A stretch of DNA of 64,000 bases from Carcharhinus longimanus (GCA_030264375.1 JASCQW010000109.1:49014470-49078469), one strand, 5' to 3'; shown: positions 38,900 through 51,959, counted from the first letter of the stretch. Numbers and translations are program-made. The notes: generated by a model from the sequence alone, not told the origin.

Positions 38900-39410
38900 T
38901 TTTTTAAATTCATTCATGGGACCTGGACATCGCTGACCAGCCAGCATTTATTACCTGAGCCTAGTTGCCCTTGGAGGGCAGTTGATTTGATGTATTTTTT
39001 TGATTTGATTTATTATTGTCACATGTATTAATATGCAGTGAAAATATTGCTTCTTGCACACTATACGGAAAAAGCATACCATACATAGAGGAGGGAAGGA
39101 GAGGGCGCAGTCATAGCCACGATGTAGAGAAAAATAAACTTAATATGAATAGGTTGATGGCAGCAGGGAAGAAGCTGTTCTTGAGTCGGTTGGTACGTGA
39201 CCTCATGTGGTGCATGCATGAGAGTCAAGCACATTGCTGTGGATCTCGAGTCACATTTGGCCAGACCAGGTAAGGATGGCAGATTCCCTTCCCTGAGGTT
39301 TCATTTTCATCATTAGTTTCTTAATCTGAATGCAGGTCCCCAGAACATTAGCTGAGCTTCTGGATTAATAGTCTAGTGGTAATACCACTAGGTCATCACA
39401 TCCTCTGGCC
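38900..39410 (-). mobile_element. SacSINE1-like SINE interrupted by a Rex1 3' fragment (about 38984-39205)
   Basis: SINE tail at 38900-38983 and core/head at 39230-39410 flank a (GATTT)n-tailed Rex1 piece. Confidence 0.68.
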
Positions 39411-40303
39411 TAGTCTTGTTCCTGGTACCTCAATCTTGATTCCTGGTGGAATAGATCAGGGAAAGTGGCTTATACAATTGCTGGAAAAAGTGGTAAGTAC
39501 AATTAGGAGCAATTTAGAATCCAGCAAAGATGGACCAAGAAACTGATAAAGGGAGAAGAGCATGTCAGAGCAAACAAATGAGAAATATAAAGGCGGACTG
39601 TAAACGGCTCTTTCGGTATGTGAATAGGAAAAGTTTAGCAAGGACATCACATCACTGGCGGAGAATTTATAATGGAGAACAGGGAAAAGGCAGAGAAACT
39701 AAGCAATGTTGGGTGGAATTTTCTCTAAAGTATGCAGATTGTCGCAGAGGGTGGGAAAATCGGCATTGAAGCCACCAGTGCCAATGATGTCTTTCTCTGC
39801 TGTGTTGGAGAAACAAAAGGTGAGGGTTGTGTCCCATAATGTCACACAGACAACTTAGCTTTTAATAGGTCTTTTCTAAGGTGCTGCACATTTAATTTAT
39901 TAGAGATCAAAGTGTTCTGTTGGAATGGAGAACATTTTAAAGAATTCAGCTTGCTAGGAAGCTCAACAACTTCATATCAAAGCTGTGTGCATACACTGGG
40001 GCTGAGTGCACAGCAGTACAAACTAGAACTCCATCCTCCCGTGCTCCCCGTCCCCATCCCCGTCAGGTGAAATAGACATCTCCTCTCTGTCAAAGATTTC
40101 AAAGGGAGTCTGCTCACACCTGCAGCTTCTGACAGGGAGAAAGGGAAATCTCTGCTGCAGAATGGAGTGCTGCAATGATATAAAAGCTTGTCATATGACT
40201 GGGAGAGGTTGCATGGAGGTTAAAGTTACCAGGCCACTTAAGAATTTTCATAGCTGACAGGCAGGAATGCAGATGTTAATCACAGGCTGGCTGAAATCAC
40301 CAT

Positions 40304-41475
40304 GATGTGGAGATGCCGGCGTTGGACCAGGGTAAACAAGTAAGAAATCTCACAACACCAGGTTAAAGTCCAATGGGTTTATTTGGCAGCACAAGCTTTC
40401 AGATCTCGCTCCTTCATCAGGTAAGTGAGGACTTGTGTTCACAAACAGGCCATATACAGACATATAAAAATCCACTTCTCCAGCTCCCATCCTAAACACA
40501 TTAAAGAAGCCATCCCCTATGGACAAGCCCTCCATACACAGAGGATCTGCTCAGATGAGGAGGCTCACAACAGACAGTTACAGTCGCTGATAGACACCCT
40601 CATAAGAACAGGATATGGTGCTCGACTCATCAATCAATAGTTCCGATGCACCACAGCAAAAAAAACCGCACTGACCTCCTCAGTAGATAAACACAGGACA
40701 CAGCGGATAGGGTACTCTTCGTCATCCAGTACTTCCCTGGACTAGAGAAGTTACAACATCTCCAGAGCCTTCAACATGTCACCGATGAAGACAAACATCT
40801 CGCCAAGGCCATCCCCACTTCTTGCCTTCAGACAATTGCACAACCTCAAACAGGCCATTGTCCACAGCAAATGATCCAGCCTCCAAGAGAACAGTGACCA
40901 TGATGCCACACAACCCTGCCACAGCAACCTCTGCAAGACATGCCAGATCATCGACACGGATGCCATCATGTCACGTGAGAACACCACCCACCAGATACAC
41001 AGTACATACTCTAGTGACTCGGTCAGCATTGTCTACCTGATATGATGCAGGAAATGATGTTCCAAGGCATGGTGTATTAGTGAGACCGTGCAGATGCTAT
41101 GGCAATGGGTGAATGAACACCGCTTGGCAATCATCAGGCAGGAGTGTTCCCTTCCAGTCGGAGAACACTTCAGCAGTCACGGGCATTCAGCCTCTGATCT
41201 TCAGGTAAACATTCTTCAAGGCAGCCTTCATGACGCACGGCAACACAAAGTCACTGAGCAGAAACTGATAGCCAAGTTCTGTACACATAAGAACAGCCTC
41301 AACCGGGATTTTGGGTTCATGTCACTCTATCTGTAACCCCCATNNNNNNNNNNNNNNNNNNNNNNNNNNNNNNNNNNNNNNNNNNNNNNNNNNNNNNNNN
41401 NNNNNNNNNNNNNNNNNNNNNNNNNNNNNNNNNNNNNNNNNNNACCCCACCCCAGTGGATGTCACTACTGATCTC
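40304..41475 (+). mobile_element. Penelope-like element: inverted pLTR (about 40304-40460) then RT C-terminus and GIY-YIG region
   Basis: HFSSSHPKHIKEAIPYGQAL...RICSDEE and LPVGEHFSSHGHSASDL...EQKLIAKF...LNRD. Minus-strand hammerhead-like core at 40390-40423; pLTR end remnant after the gap. Confidence 0.87.
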
Positions 41476-42799
41476 CATTTGCGAAGAGCAGTTGTGAATC
41501 TGTGCCTGAGGGTCAGAGAATCCCAGGAGCAGGGAGAATCCAGCCTCTTTGGACTTGACACATTTAAATAAATGCTTAAATATGCCAATCTGGTTCCTGT
41601 CCTCCCCGAGCGGGAATCAGTTTATGTCCGGGCTGGGTGGCTGGGAGGATTCCAATGGGGCTTTGCGCTGGCATTGAACGTGCTAGACCCCTCACTCGCG
41701 ATTCTCTGACCCTGCTTCGCTCCAACATCATCTGCCCTGCACAACATGGCCAGAAAATCACAGCTACACTCTCAGAAGAAAGGGTAGGCCATTTACAATG
41801 TGAGGAGGAGGAATCTCTTCACTTAGAGGGTGGTGAATCCTTGGAATTCTCTATCCCAGTGGGCATGTTCAAAATGGAAATCAATAGATTTCTGGAGATG
41901 AATGACATTGAGGCATATGAGGATAGAATGGGAAAGTGATGTTGAAGTGGGTGATTAGCCATGATCTAACTGAATGGCAGAGCAATATCGATGGGTCAAA
42001 TAGCCCAGATCTGCCTCTTTGCTTAGGGACATAGAGCTTTGCTCTTTGCTTTGATTTAATCTGACTCACAATAAGCAGTGTCATTGGGTTTCTATTAGAG
42101 ATACATGACCTGGACTCCAATCCATTGAAATCAATGAGTAATGATGTGAAATATAGAAGTATTGCTAATACACTACGATCCCACTCATCCTTTTATGGTA
42201 CATGCATTAAAACATCATACCCATTAATTGTGGGCAAGACAGGAGATGTCCCAATGAGAAACATCTTAAAATTACTGCCCCTGTCCAACCGTGCTGAGTT
42301 TGTTTCCTATACACATTGTTTACCTGCACCAACCTGAAGCAGCTGCTGAAGATATTAAAAATATGTGAGGCCTTGACATTGGTGCCTGTGGCCAGAAAAG
42401 CCTTGCTGAGTTTCATTCTGTGGTGACCTTGGCACAGTGTGAATGGTCAAAATATTTAAGAATGAATCAAAACATTTCAAGCTGAGGATTGGCAAGTATT
42501 TAGCAAAGCTCTCCTGGTAATAGCCTTGCTCCAAGCTGCTGCCTGTTATTTCAATGCTATTTTGTTCAGTTACTCTTTTGGCACATTCAGGAGGAATTAT
42601 AGAAACAGTTTATCATCAGCAAATTCGGTCGTGTGGACAGTATTGCTGAACTGCTGCTGATTGCATTACATATAAACAGTTGGCATCAATGTCATAACTC
42701 AAATGCCAGGTTAGAACAGCCCCATGAATCAGTGCAATGGGTTTAAGGTGGGTGGGAGTTTGGAGCTTTGCACAGAGAATATCATAATAGCCAAGGGGG

Positions 42800-43195
42800 A
42801 ACTTTGGTCACTTTCAGTGACACATGACCAAGGACATCCTGCTCCCTTTGGACATCAACACTTCCCAACCTCTCACCATTTAAGAAGTACTCTGGCAAGA
42901 ACCACCTCACCCACCATGCAATCAGAGCAGGCAAGGTTCCGAGAACAGAGACCTCCATTGATTTCGGGTGGGAATTTCCAATCTCGCCCGAGCGAGGCTG
43001 TAAAATCCCGTCCTCTGTCTTTCTGCTTTCTCTACCAAAGTGGATAACTTCACACATAATCACATTATTTTCCATCGGCCATGTTCTCACCCATTCACTT
43101 TGCCTATGCAAGTTCCATTAAAGCCTCCTTGCATTTTCCTCATATCTCACATTCCCATCAGCAAATTGGGAAATATTACATTTAGTCCCCACATC
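42800..43195 (-). mobile_element. CR1 LINE fragment containing a MITE
   Basis: CEVIHFGR...YFLNGERLGSVDVQREQDVL, interrupted at 42894-43013. Confidence 0.7.
42894..43013. mobile_element. Harbinger-type MITE with 3-bp TSD (TCT)
   Basis: Ends in AAAATCCCGTCC with TCT on both sides inside a CR1. Relatives at about 6855-6982, 24230-24355, 33182-33316, 52620-52906. Confidence 0.6.
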
Positions 43196-43224
43196 CTAAT
43201 CAATGGCTTAAGCAATGGTGGATT

Positions 43225-43895
43225 TGGCAATGTTATGGAATTGCAAGTGGGCAGTCTTGGTGATGGTGCAGGTATGTGATTGGAAGCTCATCCCAGGATC
43301 TAATAAAATATCAAGGTTGTGAGCAGCTTGGTTCAACCCAGGATAGTGATGAGGGAGAGGAGTGGAGCCAATAATTAGAGAATTAAATTTGTGATAGGGA
43401 CCAAAGCCCTTGAGCTCATACTTCCCAATGTTTTATTGAAGTAAATTTCTGCCCATCAAGCACTGGATGTCAGGCAAACAGTGTGACAAATAAAACAGGA
43501 GACAAGATAGAAGGTGGTGAGGTAAAGCCAGATGTTATCTGTGTTATATGTTTACAGATGGTACCACATGACACAAGAGAGGATATAGATGGGAAATAAG
43601 TGAGAGCCAAGGTCAGACTCTTGGGAATACCAGAAGTAAGATTGATGCAGTGGAAAGTAAAGCCACTGTAGGCAATCCTTTGGTATGACTGGACATACAA
43701 AAATGGAACAAGATGAGGACAGTGCCCACAGCTGAAAACAGGTGAAGTGGCGTTGGAAGAAGATAGTGTGGTTAACTGTGTCAAAGACTGCAGACAGGTC
43801 CCGACGATTGAGGAGTTATAGGTTAATGTGGTCACAGTCATATTGGATGTGCTTCGTACCTTTGGTAAGAACCATTTCAGTACTGTGGCAGGATA
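43225..43895 (-). mobile_element. L2-like LINE RT fragment
   Basis: Minus strand DLSAVFDTVNH motif near 43770-43800. Confidence 0.6.
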
Positions 43896-44213
43896 AAAAT
43901 GGTCCTATGGCACAAGTTGAGAAAGAGCAGAACTGTTATTCTGGTGTCATGGCCAATATTCATTCCTCAACCAACACTGAAAAACAGATTAATTGATTAT
44001 TTATTTAATTTGTTTGTGCTCAGCACATATTGATTCCCACATTTTCCTGCATTTCAAAAATAGCTGCACTTCAAAAATACTTCATTGCTTGTTGAAGCCA
44101 TTTAGTGATGTCTTGAGATCATGAAAGATACTATAGAAATGCAAGTTCTTTCCTATTGCCTTTATTTCTATTGTGGGGCTTTTTTGGGCATATTTTCAGT
44201 GTATTGTACAGTT

Positions 44214-44580
44214 TTACTTGGAGCTGGTCTACTAGGTTGTTGTCTTTGTCCCTTCTGACATAGCATGCTTGGCCAGTTTCCTGGGCAGCACCTGGCACTT
44301 GGTGGTCTGGATCTCCCAGGAGCTGATGATGTTGCGCTTGTTATAGTGGGCCAGGTGGAAAGCCTCGCCTGCAATACGCTCGAAGATGTCATTGACAAGC
44401 AAGTTAATGATGCTCATGGCCTTGGAGGAGATGCCGGTGTTGGGGTGAACCTGCTTTGTCGCTTTGTAGATGTACTCACCTTCTAGGACTTCCTCCTCTA
44501 TTTGCCACTTTTTATGGTGGCTGCGCCTGCACTTTCTTGATGCCCTTTTTGGAAGCTTATACTTTCTTGTCATTGGACAT
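44214..44580 (-). pseudogene. Histone H2B pseudogene
   Basis: ATG at 44580. Contains [47 protein letters not shown]...[11 protein letters not shown] and terminal TSSK-TAA. Has in-frame stops (TAA in the N-tail, TAG TAG in place of KY), a frameshift, and no intact 3' stem-loop. Confidence 0.92.
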
Positions 44581-44614
44581 GGTGAATGCAGATGGTGGGA
44601 TGGCAAAAAGCAAA

Positions 44615-44712
44615 GCACTAATAATAAAAACAGGAGCTGGTGGAAACACTCAGCAGGTCAGGCAGCATCTATGGGGAGAGAAACAGAGTTAAAGTTGATG
44701 ATCTTTCATCAG
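44615..44712 (-). mobile_element. Degenerate terminal repeat of the second Penelope-like family
   Basis: Minus: CTGATGAAAGATCATCAAC..TTAACTCTGTTTCTCTCCCCATAGATGCTGCCTGACCTGCTGAGTGTTTCC; the GAAA box is missing. Confidence 0.6.
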
Positions 44713-44888
44713 GTTGTTACATGATTGGCTATTCCAACTACTTCTATCGTTACCTACATTGGTTAATAATTCTTTCAAATCTATGAGAAAGCTTAAAAGA
44801 GTTATGGACATTACACATTTGTATCTAGGTTTCTGTTATTTTAAGCAAAACAACAATTTAAATACTTTAACCAAAAGAAATTGGAGTA

Positions 44889-45222
44889 GTTTTTTTTATT
44901 TTGCTCGATGGATGTGGGTGCTACTGGTTGTGCCACCATTAATTGCCCACCTCCAAGGGCATTTATGAGTCAACCACATTGACTCTTGTCAGTCAAGAGT
45001 CACATGTAGGCTAGACCAGGTAAAGACAGCAGATTTCCTTCCCTACAGGACATTAGTGAACTTCATGGGTTTACAACAACCAACAATGGTTTAATGGTCA
45101 TAATTAGACTTTTAATTCCAGATTTTTATTACATTCAAATTTCACCACCTGCCATGGTGGAATTCAAACCCAGTTCCCCGGAAAATTGGTCCAGCGACAA
45201 TACCACTACGTCACTGCCTCCC
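44889..45222 (-). mobile_element. SacSINE1-like DeuSINE
   Basis: Reverse complement of the 18570-18950 type. Confidence 0.75.
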
Positions 45223-47110
45223 TTACTACTGGAGGAAGTGAATTAATACAGGTTGAATTTCAGTCCAAATACAGCTGGCTCAGAAGATCTCGCCACTTCG
45301 ACCATGCAATTTTAATACAGGGCCTATTTCATCGGCAAAGTCCAATTTTAACAACATTGATTTAAAAATGAATTTTTAAAGATTACGACAAATGGCACTT
45401 TAATTGGGAAATTTGGGGAAAGGGCTCATGGTGCAAAGAATCACAGTCGCAACTTAAGTTCTTGAGCTAGCGATGGCAGAACTGCCGAATATGATTTTAA
45501 AACATTAATTGTGATAAGATTGGCAGTAATAAAATTGCAGTAAACATAAATTATTGGCAGGCAAAATTTTGACTACTCTGTTTCTTTTTTTTTGCAGCAG
45601 AGTGGACCTTCAGACATGGTGAAGAGGAAAGGTAAGGCACTCTAATTTAAATTAGCGGTATACAACTTGCAGTCAAGGTCCGACCATCGGAGCTAGGACC
45701 TTGACTCAAACACGCAAAGTGCCTCCCTGCTATTTCAGGTGGGGTGCCCTGTATGCCCGAGGTTTCTAATTTTGCAACCAATTCCCCCAGACTTTATTTC
45801 CCTTTCATTCATTTCTCATCCAGAGAGTGGGCAAATCGCTGTTGAGTTCCTGTCCTCAGTTGTATTTAACCTTTACTCAGCACTCAGATACAAGAAGCCT
45901 GACTTCAATCCAACCTGTCTGACTGGAACAAGATTGAAAGCAGGCAGTGATTTGCCTCAGTTTGGGTGACTGACAAATTGAATAGGAATCCGATTGTTCC
46001 TATTGAAATAAAATCTTGGCATTAAGGGCCTATGCTAGTGACACCTTTTGGGAGGGGGGAGAGGATGGAGGAAGGTGGGTGGAGTGCCACTTTCCCTGTG
46101 CCCTTCCTATTCTGTACTTGCCCTGGGTTAAAGTTGGCACGTAGAGATCAACCTTGTGATCCCATTTTATGTTACTTCTTGGCATGAATGTTTCTCCTGT
46201 TTCTCGGTGACCAGAATTGGATGTGCTATTCAAGAGCATCAGATGTTATATCAGTGTGGCTTTTTCCATTCACACCAGTTTTATTTGAGGCTTCTCTGAG
46301 TGTGACAGGCAACTTAGCACCGATTATGATGAAGCAAGAATAAATACATGCTGTAAATTTATGCGCTTAAGAACTGAGTTGACGGTACCTTCAGCTTGAT
46401 TGGCTTGCAGCCATTAACAACCATCAGGTTAAAACTTCTGTGCTTTCATTCTCGATTAGGTTTAAATCACAGTGCCAGAGGTGAAAGATCCAATGACCAG
46501 CCATGCCGGCTAGTCATTGATTTTCCACAGGTATGGAAATCTTTCACTTTTTAAACAGGTGGAAAGTCAGTACTATTAGGGTATTGGAAACAAAATCTTT
46601 TTTGTGTGTGAATCCTATTTTTAATGCTTGTACTTGAAGAACCTTTGCAGATATAAGGTTATCTATCACAAGCTAAGCTGACAGAATCATTCACTTCTCA
46701 TCCTGGATTTGTGTTGAGCATGGATATGGTACTTTTGACTTTTCTGTGCACACTTGAAAGGCAAAATACTTTGGATGCTGAAAATTTTCAATACTTAAAT
46801 TAGATGATTGTCAATAATGTCAGTTATGTTTCGTGTTTATTCTTTATCTCTCTGTCCGTTATTCCACCTATTTATTGGCCTATTTCTCTCCCTTACTTAC
46901 TTATCTCTATCAGCCATGGCATCTCTTTCTTGTGTCTTTTTACATTTTCACAATCACCTTGTATTTAGAAAGTACTTATAATAAAGAAAATGAAATGGTT
47001 ACAAGGTGCTTCACAAATTGTTCGATTGTTAGTCAAACTCTTTCCTGCTATGGTTTAAGAGAGTATGCAATACTTGATGGTGGAGTTATTTATATAGACG
47101 ATAGGTGATC

Positions 47111-47300
47111 TGTAATGATTTCAATCAGGCATTGAGGTTGGCCTCATGGAGTATGAACTCCCTGATTAAGGATCCAATTGAAGGGCCAATCAGGGAGTTT
47201 TTGCCTTACCCAGGAGTGTCAGTTCCTCTGACACCCCCAGAGGTAGACTGTTAACTACTAGCACTCTGTGTACTGCTGTTGTAAGTAAAGTGATTTGGGT
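47111..47300 (+). mobile_element. Short LTR-like fragment
   Basis: TGTAAT start, internal hairpin AACTCCCTGATT...AATCAGGGAGTT, AGTAAA polyA-like signal; cut by a SINE. Confidence 0.4.
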
Positions 47301-47302
47301 CA

Positions 47303-47620
47303 ATCATAGAATCCCTACAGTGCAGAAGGAGGCCATTTAGCCTATTGAGTCTGCACCAACCATAGTCTCACCCAGGCCCTATTCCTGTAACCTCACATAT
47401 TTATTCTACTTATCCCCTTGACACTAAGATAAATTTAGCATAGCCAATCAACCTAACCTGCACATCTTTGGAATGTGGGAGGAAACTGGAGCACCCAGAG
47501 GAAACCCACACAATACGGGGGGAACATGCAAACTCTACACAGGACAGTGGCCTGAGGCCAGAATTGAGCCTGAGTCTTTGGCGCAATGAGCCAGCAAGGT
47601 TAACCACTGTGCCACTGTGC
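47303..47620 (-). mobile_element. HE1-type SINE
   Basis: Reverse-complement tail CATAGAATCCCTACAGTGCAGAAGGAGGCC and head. Confidence 0.83.
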
Positions 47621-48619
47621 TACCCACATGAAGAGCCTTCTGCCTCTGCAGACTTATTACATGAACAATCTATACTTTTTAAAATTGTTTACTCCATTCT
47701 TAAAGTTACAAAGCCAATGCTCAGAGTGAACTGGGCAAACTCAAATCCATTCCTTGCTTGCTCCAAAAACAAATTCGAAATCCAATTGGATCCAATTCAT
47801 GGTCCCCACAAAAGAGACAAACAAAATCCAAGCTAAACAGGATGAGACGCTGAGCTTCATCTTGGTCTTGATCTGATGCTTGACCTGAGCCAAAAGACTG
47901 AGAAGTGATCAATTCATACAGTAAGTCCCTTTTTAACTTTGCCCCATTTAACATTGTTTCATTTTAACATTGGTGGGGTTTTGTTCTTGTTTATTATCAT
48001 GAGATTTGTTTTAACATTATTTCTCATTGCCTGTGTAACTCCATGAATGATCTTTTGAAATGGCCTCTCTTGCTCACTGACTTAACTTCCTGCTGCCAAT
48101 CTGAGACCTGCAACCTCTCTCTGTGACTCAATTTCTCACTGCCGACCCCCGAACCTGCAGCCTCTCCATCTTCCTGACTCAACTTCTCACAGCCAAACCT
48201 TCGAACTGTGGCCTCCCCCACTTTCCAACCCACTCTCTCATTGATCTGTCCTCTGGTTGATCCTTCTGCTCCCCGCTTCCCTCTCTTGAACCTTCACTGT
48301 GAGGGAAATGAGTGGCAAGAGGCAAGAGAGATAAGTTCACTTCAAGTAGAGCTCTGATCAGCATAATGCCTTTAGATCAGAAATTTCCCTTCCTCTGCAT
48401 GCCTGGATTTTAAACTTGTCAGGAATGGTTCCCTCATCCACAGAGCAGGTGGAGACGGTATAATGTGAAGCAGCTGCCCCACAGCTTTTACCGCAGTGGA
48501 AGGAACAGTGTTCCTGCTACTCCCGAATATATTCAATCCATTGTTGAGTAACCTGTCTGATTGTTGGGATCAGGGATCAGTTACCAGGAGATTTCTGATC
48601 AAAAACTGTGGGCAGCATT

Positions 48620-48968
48620 GTGCCATGGTGGTCAGGTGGCACAATGGCATGGTGGTTAGGTGGCACGATTGTATGGTGGTTAGTACTGCTGCCTCATTGC
48701 TTCAATGACATGTTCAATTTTGACCTTGGGTGACTTTCTGAGTAGAGATTATACATTCTCCCTGTGTCTGTGTGGGTTTCCTCTGGGCACTCTGGTTTCC
48801 ACCCACACTCGAAAGACGTGCAGATTAGGTTGATTGGCCATGCTAAATTGACCTTAGTTTCAGGAGAGGGGGGAATAGCAGGGTAAATATGTGGGACTAC
48901 TGAGTGGGATTATTGTTGGTGCAGGCTCGATGAGCCAAATGGCCTCCCTCTGTACTGTAGGGATTCTC
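48620..48968 (+). mobile_element. HE1-type SINE with tandemly repeated 5' end
   Basis: Head unit repeated at a 24-bp period, followed by a normal body and tail. Confidence 0.8.
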
Positions 48969-50374
48969 TGAAAAGGGGGTGAAGCTGATCACAAACCCAC
49001 TCGAAGAGCATTTACCTCTGGTAAGTCAAAGCTGCTCCTCCTGTCACTTGCTGCTCACCTCCAGAGCCCACACTCAGAGGGAGGGTCCAGGAGGGAGAAG
49101 CGGCATGAGGGAGAGTCAGGGAGCAGGAAGGTTGACAAGAGGATGATTCAGGGCCTGCTAGAGGCCATGAATTAGAAGGTCGGTAGGAGGAAGTGTCAGC
49201 AGCAATCGGGGGGATCAAGAGATAGGAAGGAGAATGTGGCCACCAGGATTGACAAGAGAGTGGGAGGAGAAGGAGAAGTAAGGAGAAGGTAACCAAATTT
49301 CTTTAATATTTTTAAGTCTATTATATTGTAGAAATTATTTCGTTTACAAGTGTAGAGGGAGGGGGATTCACCGGCCCCATTCATCACTGGCAGGAATCTT
49401 GATGTCCTGCCGAATTGGGAGCCAGGATTAAAACGGGATGACTGAGGTGCATCAATTCCATCAGCATTCACCTGGATCACCCTGCCGGCCTCGATCAGTT
49501 TCCCGCTGAACCCATCGGTTATTCTAAACCGTTCATTAGTTGGTGTGAAGCCCGATTCAAAGACCTCCCACCATTCACCCGCCTCCCCAGCGGGATCTGC
49601 ACTGGGAGGGCTTGGTGCAGCCTATGAGCATCGTGGATCTGGCACATTGGACTCCGGGGGAGGGGGTGTCAAGGAGGTCAGCGCAGTACCCATACGCCCT
49701 TCTGCCACTGCCAGGCTTGCAAAGAGAGGGTCTCCCAAAGGTCCAGGTGGCTGGGTGCACTTGGGTTGGAGAAAAGGGGTTGAACTCAGCACTCTCCCCT
49801 GGTTAAAAGGCTCACCTCAGTTCTCTTCCCAGTTGTTTTGTTCAATATTCGGCTCTCACTACCCACAACTCCTCAGCCCTGCACCACCCCTATGTCCCAC
49901 CCATGCCATCTCATACCAATTCACAGTCAATAGCCCCTGATATCCTTCATGCCAACCCATGCCACCCACAAAACCCTGAAGGTCCCTCATACCTTCCATG
50001 CCAACACACTGACCAATTCTATGCTCCTTACAGAATCAACAAATCCTAATGTCACAATGACACGTGTGGAATCACTTTAAAAAAAACCTACTGTTATTGC
50101 AAACCCGTGAAAGAATCAATCACCCGATTGCTAAAGTTTCACAAGCAAAAACTATGAGCAAATGACATGCCTTATTTGGGACCATTGACAAAATAGACCT
50201 GAGAAAACAAAACTGCCAATTGAGTAGTTTTTACCCTAGAGTGCACTTTCCTGGCAGACTGTAATCTATCCAGATCACTACATTGCTCTTTTGCCTTGAC
50301 CTGAATGAATCCTCTCCTTCCCTTTTCAGTTTAAAGCCTTGTCTGCAACTCTAGTGCAATTTTTACATTTTTTT

Positions 50375-50665
50375 CGTTCATTTATTAGTGTCACAAGTAG
50401 GCTTACATTTACACTGCAATTAAGTTACTGTGAAAATCCCCGAGTCGCCACATTCCGGCACCTGTTCGGGTACACTGAGGGAGAATTTAGCATGGCCACA
50501 GCACATCTTTCGGACAGTGGGAGGAAACTGGAGCACTCGGAGGAAACCCAGCAGATACAGGGAGAATGTGCGGACTCTACATAGATAGTGACCGAAATCT
50601 GGAATCAAACCTGGGTCCCCAGCGCTGTGAGGCAGCAGTGCTAACCACTGTGCCACCGTGCCATC
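50375..50665 (-). mobile_element. HE1-related SINE with alternative 3' tail
   Basis: Reverse complement of the 25027-25318 type. Confidence 0.83.
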
Positions 50666-51959
50666 CCATTAATTTGCTTGGACAACCTGATATAAACCTG
50701 ATATATGAGGCCGGTTCCAGTGAAATAACTGCCTCTTTTCCAAACACAGGTGCCAGTTGGCCTCATGAATCAAACCCACACACATTCAACTCTAACCCGT
50801 TTGACACTATGTCAATTTTCACGCAGCTGGGGAATTAATCCAAAATTAATATTTTTTTGATGTTCTCTTTAATACTTTGGAAACTAGCCTCTCAAACTCA
50901 CCCCCTCAGTGGATCCTCATTCACTGATCTGCCTATGTTGTTGGTGCCTCTCTGGATCATGAGAATTAGATCCAGTGTCCTTTTAAATAAAGCCGCCTTT
51001 GCTCAATCTTTTGAGCGTAATTGAATCATACTTTGTCCTTTAGCTCACTGCAAACTTTGATTCTTCAAACTGGGAATCCATCCTCACCAGCACTCTGCCT
51101 GGTGATTAACTCAGAAACAAACCTTCTGCCCGGCATAGCAACACCTGCTGTGGATTTTTTTCTCCAGTTCTCTGTCTGGCCGACTCTGATAATCTGTACA
51201 CAGCAAGGCCAGCTGCCTGGTGTTAAAATTGCACCTTATCTTCAATAAGCTTTAATTTGAGTTTCTGCCTCCATTAACAAGAAGGCCACATGGGCTTGTC
51301 TCCAGGCATATTTAGTATGAGGCCACATGTGCTTGTCTCTGTGCAGATTCGTTTGGAGGTGACAACCCCCTCTTCAGATTACTCTGTTTTACCTGATATT
51401 GAAAGAGGTAATTTAAAACAGAGCAGCCTTATGAGGTCCAGCATTTGTAACAGTGTGAATTGCTCTCCAGCTGGCTTTGGGACCACTTCCTGCTGTTCCC
51501 TGGATTAGATAGCATTTGAATATTCATATTTCAAGTGTAACAAAATAAAGTTGGCAAGACATGTAATGAAGTTACTTGGGAGAGAAATGAAAAGCCTAGC
51601 AAATGTCTCAGCTTTACCTTCTTGCTGCCTTATGTCTGCAGAATAACGGAGGCACAAAGTTCTATTTAAAAAGCCCAGCAGAAATTCCCTGCTGCTTCAG
51701 CTGCTTACACAGTTGTTCCCCAGTTTCACACCAATGTTTGCAGTAATCGATTTGCACATAAGCCTACTCAGGAAACTTGTTTGTCTCTCCTTCTGGAGTC
51801 CAACAACGGGTCTAACAATTTTATCTAAAGGTGCTATGCCAGTGCAAAATTGCACTGAGGAACTTCCAGGCTGTCTTCCTGATGTCTTTCACAGATTTCC
51901 TCCATGTTTAACTCCTTATTCAGAGAGTGGCTGGAATGTGGAACTTCCCTCATGCACTG

